Virus record (IMG/VR): IMGVR_UViG_3300009167_000002
Coordinates: 1 to 51,270 of that record
Direction: 5' to 3' (one strand)
Length of the DNA stretch: 51,270 nt
Source of the DNA: a virus
Lineage: Duplodnaviria > Caudoviricetes
Within the stretch, counting starts at the first letter, position 1, and every line of letters starts with the position of its first letter. Positions 38,075 to 47,466 of the stretch are shown here, piece by piece. Made by a program: the position numbers and the translations under genes. The notes below the pieces were generated by a model that was not told the origin of the DNA, searched no databases, and saw nothing but the letters and a program-made list of their open reading frames with translations.

Positions 38075-38209
38075 AGGCCGTCTGTATTTTTCTTGCTCTA
38101 AATAGTTATCAAGAGTATCGTACCAATTGTAATACCTTACCATTATGGGTATTTTTTTATGCCTTCGTATAAACTCAGCCCTTATTATATCCTTCTGCTT
38201 TTTATTCAT
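38066..38209 (-). CDS. 47-aa hypothetical protein (not in track)
   Basis: MNKKQKDIIRAEF...RRPLN; ATGA-coupled to the upstream minus-strand ORF. Confidence 0.45.
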   Translation of the reverse strand: MNKKQKDIIRAEFIRRHKKIPIMVRYYNWYDTLDNYLEQEKYRRPLN

Positions 38210-38376
38210 ATTTTCTTCTTTAATAGAATCTTAATGTTTGCCCCATATTTTGTACAATCTATACCATAATTCCATTTATGTACTAACTCATAATCTATCA
38301 AGTCTACATCCTGTATAGATATACACTTATATATATAGTTTTTGGTTTGTTTAATGTTTTGTAGCGTTGTTTTCAT
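38206..38376 (-). CDS. 56-aa hypothetical protein (not in track)
   Basis: MKTTLQNIKQ...LKKKI; starts 1 nt after the stop of the preceding gene. Confidence 0.45.
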   Translation of the reverse strand: MKTTLQNIKQTKNYIYKCISIQDVDLIDYELVHKWNYGIDCTKYGANIKILLKKKI

Positions 38377-38377
38377 A

Positions 38378-38566
38378 CTAGATTAAATTAAAGTGTTCTG
38401 GATATTCCCCAATCATATAAAATATTGTTTTATCCCTTCTCTTGCACTCATGCCAGCAACCATAAAAATCAATAAAATATTTACCAGTTTCTATAGCATT
38501 ATAGTCTGGTGGTGGCTGGTTGGTTATGATTTGCCCTTTAAATGATTTAAAATACTTTAATTCCAT
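38378..38566 (-). CDS. Early hypothetical protein
   Basis: SD GGGGGTGA before ATG 38566. Confidence 0.6.
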   Translation of the reverse strand: MELKYFKSFKGQIITNQPPPDYNAIETGKYFIDFYGCWHECKRRDKTIFYMIGEYPEHFNLI

Positions 38567-38588
38567 GTTTTTCACCCCCTCTCCTTAT

Positions 38589-38634
38589 TATTGCCCCCAT
38601 GATAATGATAAATGGGGGCAATATAAAAAGACTA
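38589..38634 (-). promoter_or_regulatory. Intergenic hairpin element of the early operon (putative RNA processing site)
   Basis: 12-bp stem tattgcccccat/atgggggcaata plus conserved flank. Confidence 0.55.
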
Positions 38635-39060
38635 TGCAAAAGTTAGGTACTCATGCTTAGTTGTATAATGTTTTTTAACTATTTTAAATTCTGATAATGC
38701 CTTCAATTCATTGAACATCTGTGTTTTCAGTCCTTCAAGTAAAATCAAAGCGTGATAAGCCTCTTTCACTTCTTCATAAGTGTTATTCTCGTCAACTATT
38801 TCTACATTGTCGAGGTATATCCAACCCGCACTTCTACCGCCTGTATATACTTTATAGCCTGTATTTATCTTGAATTCTTCTATAATATCCGATAAATTAT
38901 TCCATAACTCCTCAGATAAATGTTCATCTGTAGCAATTTTCCACATTTTATCAGTTATACCTGATTGACTATGTAATTTGATATTACAGGCGTATTTTGT
39001 ATCATAATTAAAACAATGCTTACTATTATCAAGTATTTTTATCATTTCTATTTTCTTCAT
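38632..39060 (-). CDS. Early hypothetical protein
   Basis: SD GGAGGTGA; GGRSAGW motif. Confidence 0.7.
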   Translation of the reverse strand: MKKIEMIKILDNSKHCFNYDTKYACNIKLHSQSGITDKMWKIATDEHLSEELWNNLSDIIEEFKINTGYKVYTGGRSAGWIYLDNVEIVDENNTYEEVKEAYHALILLEGLKTQMFNELKALSEFKIVKKHYTTKHEYLTFA

Positions 39061-39074
39061 AATTCTCACCTCCT

Positions 39075-39133
39075 TTAATTAGTTTTATATTGCCTTGCCG
39101 TTGATTATCGTACAAGGCAATTAAAACCGATTA
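39075..39133 (-). promoter_or_regulatory. Intergenic hairpin element of the early operon
   Basis: attgccttg/caaggcaat stem; flanks nearly identical to 39461-39517. Confidence 0.55.
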
Positions 39134-39427
39134 ACTCTCTGGATACTTAAATCCGTTTTTAATAAAGTTTATTGCATTATGTTCACTCTCAATATATTTT
39201 GTTACATCTTTTCTGGTCATCTTTCCATAAAAAGATGGTGTATAGAATTGCTTGTAACCCTTGCTTTCCATCTCACGAGCTATCCTTTCCTCCGCCCCAT
39301 ACATTCCATAGAACGAAAACGATTGTTTGTTTTCTTTTCCACCAAACAATATACAAGTAAAGTATTCGTTACTACAGCCGTATATTCCCGCTGTATAACC
39401 TATTTTTATTGTTGTAAATTGCTTCAT
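39131..39427 (-). CDS. Early hypothetical protein
   Basis: SD AAGGTGA; clean ORF. Confidence 0.7.
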   Translation of the reverse strand: MKQFTTIKIGYTAGIYGCSNEYFTCILFGGKENKQSFSFYGMYGAEERIAREMESKGYKQFYTPSFYGKMTRKDVTKYIESEHNAINFIKNGFKYPES

Positions 39428-39460
39428 ATATAATCACCTTCTTCCTTATCTCACTCCCTT

Positions 39461-39517
39461 TTAATTAGTTTTGTATTGCCCTCACTTTATAAGGTTAAGG
39501 GCAATCGAAACCGACTA
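39461..39517 (-). promoter_or_regulatory. Intergenic hairpin element of the early operon
   Basis: attgccct/agggcaat stem with conserved flanks. Confidence 0.55.
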
Positions 39518-40048
39518 TATAGTCATGCCGTCTTCAAAGAGTATGGTTGTTTTATCTGATTGGTTGAATACATACCACTCAAAGTCTTTTTGGTAAACTG
39601 TATAACCGTTAAGGTATTGATTGATCCACTTTTTTGTTGTTGCAGTACGAAAGCCACCACTATCAAGTTTTATTTTTCCATTATCCATTATGGTTATAAT
39701 GTCGGTATCATATAATCTGATAGTATGCCCGTTTTTATTTTCAACCATGAGTACATTATTTGCTATTCTACATGCTGTTTTTTTACCACTTTTAGTAAAT
39801 AGACCAAGATATATTTGGAATTGACCCACTCCTGTTATGGTTGTGTATAATAAACCATACTTATCAACTAAACTTCTAACTTCATTTATAAGCTGTGATT
39901 GTGTTAGTGCAGGTTCGTCTTCTACTCCAAAACCACTACTATCACAAAACAACTCCTCAACTAATTCATACCCTTTTAGTTTCATGGTTTCCACTCCGCA
40001 TTTTTTAGATTTGAATATATCCTCAATATTATTTTTAGTTATCTTCAT
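39515..40048 (-). CDS. Early hypothetical protein
   Basis: SD GGGGGTGA; LDSGGFRTATTKKWINQ motif seen in phage early proteins. Confidence 0.7.
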   Translation of the reverse strand: MKITKNNIEDIFKSKKCGVETMKLKGYELVEELFCDSSGFGVEDEPALTQSQLINEVRSLVDKYGLLYTTITGVGQFQIYLGLFTKSGKKTACRIANNVLMVENKNGHTIRLYDTDIITIMDNGKIKLDSGGFRTATTKKWINQYLNGYTVYQKDFEWYVFNQSDKTTILFEDGMTI

Positions 40049-40084
40049 AATTTATTCACCCCCTTATTATTGAATATAAAAAGA

Positions 40085-40246
40085 CTAATTTTGGTTATTT
40101 CCACAGGTTATACAATATTCCATCTCTTCTTCTTTTTGATTTCCACATATTTTGCAAACTTCCGTAAGTTCTTTCCAGCAATAATTACAATACACTTGCC
40201 CCTTTTCATTGACACTTAATTTTCTCTTACATTCTTTACACTTCAT
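40085..40246 (-). CDS. 53-aa double zinc-ribbon protein (not in track)
   Basis: CKEC..CNYC..CKIC..CITC; SD GGGGGTGG. Confidence 0.65.
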   Translation of the reverse strand: MKCKECKRKLSVNEKGQVYCNYCWKELTEVCKICGNQKEEEMEYCITCGNNQN

Positions 40247-40266
40247 ATATTTTATCCACCCCCTTA

Positions 40267-40341
40267 CTATCTGTCCTCTTCATTACGCCCATAAATAATT
40301 GACATTACTATTGCAAATATAATTATTAAAAATATATTCAT
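40267..40341 (-). CDS. 24-aa single-TM peptide
   Basis: MNIFLIIIFAIVMSIIYGRNEEDR. Confidence 0.35.
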   Translation of the reverse strand: MNIFLIIIFAIVMSIIYGRNEEDR

Positions 40342-40359
40342 ATTTAATTCTCTAATACC

Positions 40360-40549
40360 GCAAGTCAAACGGTGTAACAAGTGTAGCCTGTATTAATCAG
40401 TGCTAACCTGTGTGTTTTATACGCTTGACTTGCTATATTAAAGAGCTAATTAATTATCTAATATTGCAGGTTAAAAGTCGCCTCATCCTTAGCAATTTAC
40501 CAAGTTGGATTGTCTACTTGCACTCTTAACCTGCTATATTAAAGAACTA
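40360..40549 (-). promoter_or_regulatory. Structured 5' leader of the early transcript: two boxA-like plus long-hairpin units
   Basis: Minus-strand AGTTCTTTAATATAGCA and AGCTCTTTAATATAGCA each open a 12-13 bp stem containing a G-U pair. Confidence 0.55.
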
Positions 40550-40571
40550 TTTAAATGTACTACTATCAAGG

Positions 40572-40599
40572 ATTATATACTATATAATATGTTTGTCAA
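40572..40599 (-). promoter_or_regulatory. Consensus sigma70 early promoter (TTGACA-16-TATAAT), leftward
   Basis: tgtcaa 40594-40599 and attata 40572-40577 on the plus strand. Confidence 0.7.
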
Positions 40600-41131
40600 T
40601 AGGGTAAAATAGCCTCAAAACACAAGGTAATAGTAATCAACCCGTCTTAAAAAAACCCCTTAGAATCGATTACATAAGGTCATTTATATAACTATCAAGA
40701 GCCATTACTATCAATAATGCCTAAACAATAATTCCGCCCCAAATTATAATGTTTATATTGTTTTAACGAGTGTTATCTATAAGGAGTATAAAGTAGTTAA
40801 GTAAGGAATAGTGAATGATAAGTTGAGATAATATGTAACACGCAACTAATGACAATAATAAGCACATATATCACATACTATAGGCATATAACATGCAACT
40901 ATAAGCTTTAAATAAGACTAATAGCCTCGATCTTGTGTCGTACAAGCTAAATTGTGCGACTAATAGCTTCAGATACCCCCAGTACACCCAAATTTGTTTT
41001 TTTTAAAATTAAATTAAGTTCTCACACAAGTCAGATACAATTTTAGCCACAAAGATGTTCAAATAAATTACCCTTAATTGACATATACATACATCATGCA
41101 GTATAGTATGCAGTATATTTAATCTAATTAT

Positions 41132-41199
41132 TGAAACGATTAGTTACATATTGTAACGATTGGTTGCATATTCATGCTATAATGTAACGAATGGTTACA
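41132..41199. promoter_or_regulatory. Three palindromic operators TGTAAC-N5-GTTACA around the extended -10 (TGCTATAAT) and start codon of the 41191 gene
   Basis: Copies at 41132-41148, 41152-41168 and 41183-41199. Confidence 0.7.
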
Positions 41200-41388
41200 T
41201 GCAGCTTCTGCAATAAAGAGTTGGAAAGAAATGTTTTTTGTTCAAGCAGTTGTAAATTAAAATTCTTCAGAAAATCAAAAAAAGATATTCCTAAAACACC
41301 CAAAGAAGTGAAAGATGTTGTCAAAGAGAAGTTTGCAGGACTTTGCAAGCATGGAGCAATGAAAGGTCTTTGCAGATTTGGATGTTAG
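41191..41388 (+). CDS. Small Zn-finger DNA-binding protein (candidate autoregulator)
   Basis: CSFC...FCSSSCK followed by a basic stretch. Confidence 0.6.
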   Translation: MVTCSFCNKELERNVFCSSSCKLKFFRKSKKDIPKTPKEVKDVVKEKFAGLCKHGAMKGLCRFGC

Positions 41389-41403
41389 TAGTATTATATT
41401 TGT

Positions 41404-41898
41404 ATGCCTAAGTTAATAACTGCTTCATTTAAACAAAGAAAGTTTGTTCATAGATTACTTCAGCACGGCAACAGAGCTAAAGCATACAGAGAGGTTTACG
41501 CAGACGCTGGAGATTTCAACAGCGAGAGAGGTAAGGCGGTCCTGATGCACCCCATGACCCAACAGTATATAAGAAGAATAATGGATGAGGCGGGAGTTAC
41601 CGATGAGAAGATAGGCAAGGCATTGCACACGATCATGGAAGCATCTCTTACCAAGGAGAGTTTGCGTATGTCTACACCAGCCCATGGGTTAAAAGCAATA
41701 GAGATAGCCGCAAAGTTAAAAGATTTAAACCCTGCAGAAAAAAAGCAGATAGATAAAAGAACAATGAATCTTTCTTTGGAGGGCAAGAGTCTTGATGAAT
41801 TAAAGACAATGCTTGAGACTTTGGTTGATGAAGCAAACTCATTTAAAAGAATGGTTAATAAAGGTGTAAATACACAAGATGGTAAGGTTATGCCCTGA
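41404..41898 (+). CDS. terS: Terminase small subunit
   Basis: KQRKFV...GNRAKAYREVY...KAIEIAAKL; upstream of terL. Confidence 0.75.
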   Translation: MPKLITASFKQRKFVHRLLQHGNRAKAYREVYADAGDFNSERGKAVLMHPMTQQYIRRIMDEAGVTDEKIGKALHTIMEASLTKESLRMSTPAHGLKAIEIAAKLKDLNPAEKKQIDKRTMNLSLEGKSLDELKTMLETLVDEANSFKRMVNKGVNTQDGKVMP

Positions 41899-42064
41899 AT
41901 GCCAGTTTGAGACGGAAGTAAGAAACGGATGTTGCGTGGAATGCGGTTTTGAATATTATTTCTCCAAAAAGAAAATAAAAACTGACAGCTGGGAGACGGA
42001 AGATGAATGGACAGAAAGCGATTGGGGACAGGATACTGAAGAAGTAAAAGGGGGTGATGATTAA
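41879..42064 (+). CDS. Small Zn-ribbon acidic protein
   Basis: CPEC...CVECG. Confidence 0.5.
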   Translation: MVRLCPECQFETEVRNGCCVECGFEYYFSKKKIKTDSWETEDEWTESDWGQDTEEVKGGDD

Positions 42065-42316
42065 ATGGCATACCAGAAGCCTCGTGCAGATCATCCTTGG
42101 AAAACAGGAAGAATGCCAGGTTATGTTCCGCACAAGGAAAAAAAGGTAAAACCCGTTAAATTACTTATAAGTGAGTTGGTTACCAGTTGGGATAAGATAG
42201 AGATACTTACTTACCACTTTTCAAGGGAGGGTAAGTTTTATTTGAATGAGCTTCCTCAAAGCAAACAGGCTGCATGGCTGGCGGGTCTTTTAAAAAGAAA
42301 TTATGAATCGTTATAA
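42065..42316 (+). CDS. Hypothetical protein
   Basis: SD GGGGGTGA; KPRADHPWK. Confidence 0.65.
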   Translation: MAYQKPRADHPWKTGRMPGYVPHKEKKVKPVKLLISELVTSWDKIEILTYHFSREGKFYLNELPQSKQAAWLAGLLKRNYESL

Positions 42317-42830
42317 AAGCAACTTAGACAAAGAGAAAAGCAAAAAGAGAGAACTGGAAGAAAGCGTTGATTACTTCAAAGAGGTTGATAAGTCAGCCGA
42401 AGGGGGAAGAAAGTTTGTCGTTGATAAAATTAAAGAAGAAGAAAAAAAAGAGAAAGATATCAAAGATGCTGTCGCTTCATATATGCAGTCTCATCAGGGA
42501 ACATACCATCAACAGCTTGCAAGTTATGGCCAGAAGGGATTGGAGAAGCTGGATTGGCCAGATGGTTGGGAGAGATATTGTTTGGCCACAGACGGAAGGG
42601 ATATCAGAATTTACGGTAAATGGTTCAGGACCAAATTGGGGATTCAGGTAATCGTTAAAGACGACAGAGGCAATGTATATACAAGGGGTGTGTTGACCAC
42701 CAAAGACCCCATTGTTGATATGGCCAATGTTGATACTTTGGTTGTTCAGGCGGAGAATACTATAGATAGTGCAAAAGGACTTTTGCTGTCAGAGAAAAAA
42801 ACAAAGGGAGGAATTTATCTGCCGAACTAA
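42303..42830 (+). CDS. Hypothetical protein
   Basis: Clean ORF before terL. Confidence 0.65.
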   Translation: MNRYKSNLDKEKSKKRELEESVDYFKEVDKSAEGGRKFVVDKIKEEEKKEKDIKDAVASYMQSHQGTYHQQLASYGQKGLEKLDWPDGWERYCLATDGRDIRIYGKWFRTKLGIQVIVKDDRGNVYTRGVLTTKDPIVDMANVDTLVVQAENTIDSAKGLLLSEKKTKGGIYLPN

Positions 42831-42847
42831 TATACTATATATAATAT

Positions 42848-44317
42848 ATGGACATTTTGAAAGAGAACTTGGAAGAACGGATTAAAACTACCGCAGAAAC
42901 ATTATACGCTGCGAAAAAGAATTATTATTCTTCGCACTATTATGAGTTTAACAGGGATGTTTTAAAGTGGCCCGATATTTATGAACCCCTGCATCGGAAG
43001 GTTTGCGACTTTATTACCGAGAATGTAAATACAAAAAAGATACTATTATTATTACCCCGTGGTACGTTCAAGTCTTCCATCGTTACTGTGGGATACTCCC
43101 TATATAGAATAGTAAATGACCCCAATGACAGGATACTTATTGCAAATGCTACTTATCCAATGGCCTGTCAATTCCTCGGACAGATTAAAAACCACATTTC
43201 AAGAAATGAAGAGTTAAAGAAGATATTTGGGGATTTGTCTTTTGCTGCAGACCAGTGGAGAGAAGACAAGATATTCGTTTCAAGAGAGAAGTCCTACGAG
43301 CAGAAAGAACCTACCGTATGGGCACAGGGGGTTGGTGCGAATGTTGTCGGTTCACATTTCAATATTGCCATCTTGGATGACTTGGTGAATGATACCAATG
43401 TCGGCACAAAGGAACAAATAGACAAAGTGAAAGACTACTACAGAGGAGTTCTTGATTTAATTGATGCAAGAGACGGCCACAAGAAGGTTATCATTATCGG
43501 GACTACTTGGCATTGGGATGACCTGTATGCTTGGATTCAGGAGACGCCTGAGATTGCTGGAGACTTTGCTATTTTAAAGATGCCAGCCTACACGGGAGAA
43601 TGGGGAACAGGAGAACTTTTATTTCCGAGGATACTTAGCTGGGATGTTCTTGCGGGAAACAAAAGACAGCAGGGTAATGCTCACTACTCGGCTCAGTATA
43701 TGCTTGACCCGATACCCACAGAAGACCAAGTATTTAAAGGACCATTCAGAAGATATGAGGAAACCGACCTTCGTGGAATTGAACTGAAGAAGTTTGTAAC
43801 TGTTGACCCCGCAATATCCGAGAAGCAGACAGCAGACTATTCAGCCATGATTTGTGTGGGAGTGGATAAAAATAATGACTGGTATGTTTTAGACATCTGG
43901 AGGGATAGGTGTTTGCCCAAAACCCTGATTGACCAGATGTTCTTCTGGAATGAGAAGTGGAAGCCAGTAAGTGTTGGAATTGAGACCGTGGCTTACCAGA
44001 AGGCTTTGCAATACTTCCTTTACGATGAGATGAAGCGAAGGAACAAGATGATACCATTAGTAGAGCTTGGGCACACCGAAAGAAGCAAGGATGAGAGAAT
44101 CAGAGGACTCCAACCAAGGTATGAGATGGGGAGTATCTTTCACCCTGATGGTGTACTCCAGCCCAATGTTCAACTTTTGGAAGATGAGTTATTGAGATTT
44201 CCAAAGGGTAAGAACGATGACATGATAGACAGCCTTGCAAGTCAGTTAGAACTTGCATTTCCACCCAAAAAACACGAAGAACGTCAAAGTATAAAGAGGG
44301 CGATTTATCCTGCATAA
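42848..44317 (+). CDS. terL: Terminase large subunit
   Basis: LPRGTFKSS (Walker A), ILDD (Walker B), IGTTWH, VDPA, DYSA, SKDERIRGL, FPKGKNDDMIDS. Confidence 0.95.
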   Translation: MDILKENLEERIKTTAETLYAAKKNYYSSHYYEFNRDVLKWPDIYEPLHRKVCDFITENVNTKKILLLLPRGTFKSSIVTVGYSLYRIVNDPNDRILIANATYPMACQFLGQIKNHISRNEELKKIFGDLSFAADQWREDKIFVSREKSYEQKEPTVWAQGVGANVVGSHFNIAILDDLVNDTNVGTKEQIDKVKDYYRGVLDLIDARDGHKKVIIIGTTWHWDDLYAWIQETPEIAGDFAILKMPAYTGEWGTGELLFPRILSWDVLAGNKRQQGNAHYSAQYMLDPIPTEDQVFKGPFRRYEETDLRGIELKKFVTVDPAISEKQTADYSAMICVGVDKNNDWYVLDIWRDRCLPKTLIDQMFFWNEKWKPVSVGIETVAYQKALQYFLYDEMKRRNKMIPLVELGHTERSKDERIRGLQPRYEMGSIFHPDGVLQPNVQLLEDELLRFPKGKNDDMIDSLASQLELAFPPKKHEERQSIKRAIYPA

Positions 44318-44357
44318 AAACTTGCAATTTTAGGCATGATACTTTAATTAGATAGAT

Positions 44358-44367
44358 AAGTTATAAT
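44358..44367 (+). promoter_or_regulatory. Late leaderless promoter AAGTTATAAT
   Basis: 5 nt before portal ATG 44373. Confidence 0.65.
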
Positions 44368-44372
44368 ATAGT

Positions 44373-46505
44373 ATGATTAGTTTTAGAGATAATACTAAAG
44401 CAAAGTTAAATTCTGTTTACAAACCTCCTGATAAGATTCAAGACGACAGAAAAGCTGTTTATAAAAGGTATGCCGAGATGAGAAACGGCAGACAGGATGT
44501 TGAAAGCAAGTGGGATAAATGGGAACGCCAGTATGACGCTTGGAGACCAGACAGAAGTGCCGATGACTGGCAATCAAATATAGTACCTCCTTTTACCACA
44601 ACCATTGTTGAGAAAGAACTTGCAGAGATTGTGGACCAGACTTTACAGCCAAAAGCGATTGCGAGAGGGCCCGAAGATGTGGTTCGTGCCAAAATAATCA
44701 ATTATGTTAAGGATTACACTTGGGAAGTAGGAGACGGAGACCTTCAACTTTATGCTTCACTCAAACAGAATCTGGTTTTGGGTAAGACTATCTGGCAGGA
44801 TGACTATTGGCAGGACAAAAGACAGGTCAGAGTGCTTAAAAAGTACAATCCTAAGACATTTGAAGAGGATTATGTCGAGAAAGAAGTGTTTGATTTTGAC
44901 GATGTTTACGGGGAGACTGTACCTTTGCAGGAATTCTTCATTGATGAGGCCGCAAGAACGATAAATATGGGCCGTTACAAGGCAAATGACTGCATCAGAC
45001 GCTACATAATGAACTATGACACTTTCCAAGAATACTTTATAGACAGCAGATATGATGAGTTTGGGGTTGCAAGGCTCGTAAAACCAGGCGGAGACCTCAA
45101 TTATTGGCAATTCTACCAGCCACCGACAGGAATGGACAAGGAAAATCAGGTGGAAGTGCTTTGGTATTGGGGAAGAAGGCCAGATAAGCTCATAATTGTT
45201 GCAAATGATGTAGTTTTGAGAGACGGACCTAATCCTTACAACCATAAACAGCTTCCTTTTGCCGAGGGAAGCGATGTTCCGAGGTTAAGAGGCTTTTATG
45301 CCAAAGGTGAGCCCGAACTTATGGAGTCTTTACAGGATGAATTGACCACAATAAGGCGGATGAGGATAGACAGACAACATATGGATATCTGGAAGATGTT
45401 TTTGGTGTCTAACAGAGAGACCTTGGATGAAGATGAGGGAATAATTGCACCAAGCCGTTTCCTTTTTGTTGATGACCCGATAAATTCAATAAAACCGCTT
45501 GAATACAGAGATTTAAACCCCTCTGCTTACAGAGAAGAAGAACTTTTGAAGGCCGATGCGAGAGAAGTAACTGGAATGGAGTCTCCGAGGCCAACATCAA
45601 CTGCAACTGAGGCTGCAATCTTTAAAGAATCAACCATGAAAGCTCTCCGCATGAAAATATGGCTTTTATCACGTGAACTGCTTACAAATATAGCAAGATT
45701 AAGAATTCCGAACATTGTTCAGTTCTATTCCACACCAAAAGTGGTAAATATTGTCGGAGAGAAGAAAATGGCTCAATACAGGCAGATTAGAACTGCAAAT
45801 GCCGAACTTTCCATTGAAAAAAGCACTGGCGACCTTATTGAGAACAAAAAGAAAGGTGATTTCTTCTTTATTGTATCTCCAGAGATGATTGTGCCTCAAT
45901 ATGGCAGTTATGACCTTAAATTAAGCGGGGAACCGACTTTTCCGATTTCAAAGCCTCTGCAACAGCAAAGGATTGCAGAATTCATGCAGCATCCGCTTAC
46001 TCAACTCAATATTCAAACTGGTTATTGGGACCCAGGAAAAATGGGAGATTCTTTTGCAGAAACCATGGATTATGATCCAGAGGACTTTAGGGCTGAAACT
46101 GATGTTGCAAAAGAACAAACCGTTGATGAAGCAACGCTTTATGAGATGGCAAACAGGGAAAATGAACAAATGATGCAGGGAGTACAAGTAGAGGGTACTC
46201 CAGGTGCTACAAGAGGCCACACAAACATTCATTTGGCCTTTATGAGTTCTCCAACCTTTAAACAGGGCATGAATGACCAGATTGCCCAGATATTCAGCAG
46301 ACATATTCTTTGGGAAGAAAAAGCACAACAAGCAAGAGCTCAAGCTAATCCAAAAGAAATCATGGCCCAAATGGGTGGCCAAGGGGGAATGCCGATGGGT
46401 GCAACTCCAGCAGGACCAACTACTACCCAGCAGGGAGTACAACAGAGTGAAGCGGGTGCGACATTAGGTAGGGCAGTTGGGGCACAAGTTCCAGGTGTAA
46501 CTTAA
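44373..46505 (+). CDS. Portal protein (P22/podovirus-like)
   Basis: 710 aa after terL; NPYNHKQLPF, GFYAKG, TATEA; Gln/Gly/Pro-rich C-terminus. Confidence 0.88.
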   Translation: MISFRDNTKAKLNSVYKPPDKIQDDRKAVYKRYAEMRNGRQDVESKWDKWERQYDAWRPDRSADDWQSNIVPPFTTTIVEKELAEIVDQTLQPKAIARGPEDVVRAKIINYVKDYTWEVGDGDLQLYASLKQNLVLGKTIWQDDYWQDKRQVRVLKKYNPKTFEEDYVEKEVFDFDDVYGETVPLQEFFIDEAARTINMGRYKANDCIRRYIMNYDTFQEYFIDSRYDEFGVARLVKPGGDLNYWQFYQPPTGMDKENQVEVLWYWGRRPDKLIIVANDVVLRDGPNPYNHKQLPFAEGSDVPRLRGFYAKGEPELMESLQDELTTIRRMRIDRQHMDIWKMFLVSNRETLDEDEGIIAPSRFLFVDDPINSIKPLEYRDLNPSAYREEELLKADAREVTGMESPRPTSTATEAAIFKESTMKALRMKIWLLSRELLTNIARLRIPNIVQFYSTPKVVNIVGEKKMAQYRQIRTANAELSIEKSTGDLIENKKKGDFFFIVSPEMIVPQYGSYDLKLSGEPTFPISKPLQQQRIAEFMQHPLTQLNIQTGYWDPGKMGDSFAETMDYDPEDFRAETDVAKEQTVDEATLYEMANRENEQMMQGVQVEGTPGATRGHTNIHLAFMSSPTFKQGMNDQIAQIFSRHILWEEKAQQARAQANPKEIMAQMGGQGGMPMGATPAGPTTTQQGVQQSEAGATLGRAVGAQVPGVT

Positions 46506-46507
46506 AT

Positions 46508-46816
46508 ATGGCACAAGATGTTAGAAAGTATGTTCCAGATAAGGTTGTTGAAACAGTAGGCGGTAGATGGATGGGCACTTGTGATATTTATGGAACGCTT
46601 CGTCAGGTATTGGTTGAACCCCTTTCTCCTTATACTATATATAATATAGTGATACGTGATGAAGGAAACATGGTTATCTTCAGCGAAAAGAATATAACTG
46701 GTGCTTTGGTTGGAAATGCACATGAGACTATTTTATTTCCTGGTATTAAAACCATTATTATTGAAAATGCCTCAAGAGATGAAATGTTTAAACTTAAATT
46801 GATTTACGAATTATGA
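46508..46816 (+). CDS. Hypothetical (probably virion) protein
   Basis: Beta-rich, coupled to portal. Confidence 0.55.
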   Translation: MAQDVRKYVPDKVVETVGGRWMGTCDIYGTLRQVLVEPLSPYTIYNIVIRDEGNMVIFSEKNITGALVGNAHETILFPGIKTIIIENASRDEMFKLKLIYEL

Positions 46817-47466
46817 GTGTAATACACGACCAAAAAGGTAACGCAATAACAGAGTTTCCCTCTGTAAGTAGTGAAAGGGTTATGCCCGTAAAAGGATACG
46901 GTGGGTATCAAGGTATTGCTGGATATAGAAGTTCCGATTCAACTTATCAACCATTGAGACTTGATAAGGCGACAAATTCAATACAGACCATTGAATATGA
47001 ACATCATGAGATTCATTCTGGCTCTCACTTCTTTTATAATGATTCAATCTCATTAAATGCTGCGGCTACTCAGAATTACCTTCTTACAACACCAAATACA
47101 ACCAAGTGGGCACATTTGGTTTTTGCAGCAACGGGTTCGCTTATTACGCAGGTAGATTTGTATGAGAATTCCAATAGAGTTGGAACAACAGTTCAAAAAG
47201 TTTTCAATAGTGATAGAAATAGTACAACCGATGCAACTGTGGTTGTTCACAAAGACACAAGTGGTGGAACTACAAATGGAACTTTGATTTGGACAATGAA
47301 AAGCGGAAATACTACTGGTCAATCAAGAGTTGGACTTACTGCCGAAAGAAGCAATGAAATAATTCTTGGACAAAATAAAAAATACCTATTTATAATTACT
47401 TCATCTTCCGCATCTAATTTGATAAATATTCAGTTGCAATGGTACGAGCATATAAATATAATATGA
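46813..47466 (+). CDS. Hypothetical (probably virion) protein
   Basis: IEYEHHEIHSG...WYE beta-rich protein. Confidence 0.55.
   Translation: MSVIHDQKGNAITEFPSVSSERVMPVKGYGGYQGIAGYRSSDSTYQPLRLDKATNSIQTIEYEHHEIHSGSHFFYNDSISLNAAATQNYLLTTPNTTKWAHLVFAATGSLITQVDLYENSNRVGTTVQKVFNSDRNSTTDATVVVHKDTSGGTTNGTLIWTMKSGNTTGQSRVGLTAERSNEIILGQNKKYLFIITSSSASNLINIQLQWYEHINII

Noticed and set aside
38581-40549. CRISPR array or integron attC cassettes
   Set aside because: Repeats are degenerate and irregularly spaced, with no cas or integrase gene and no clear attC core sites
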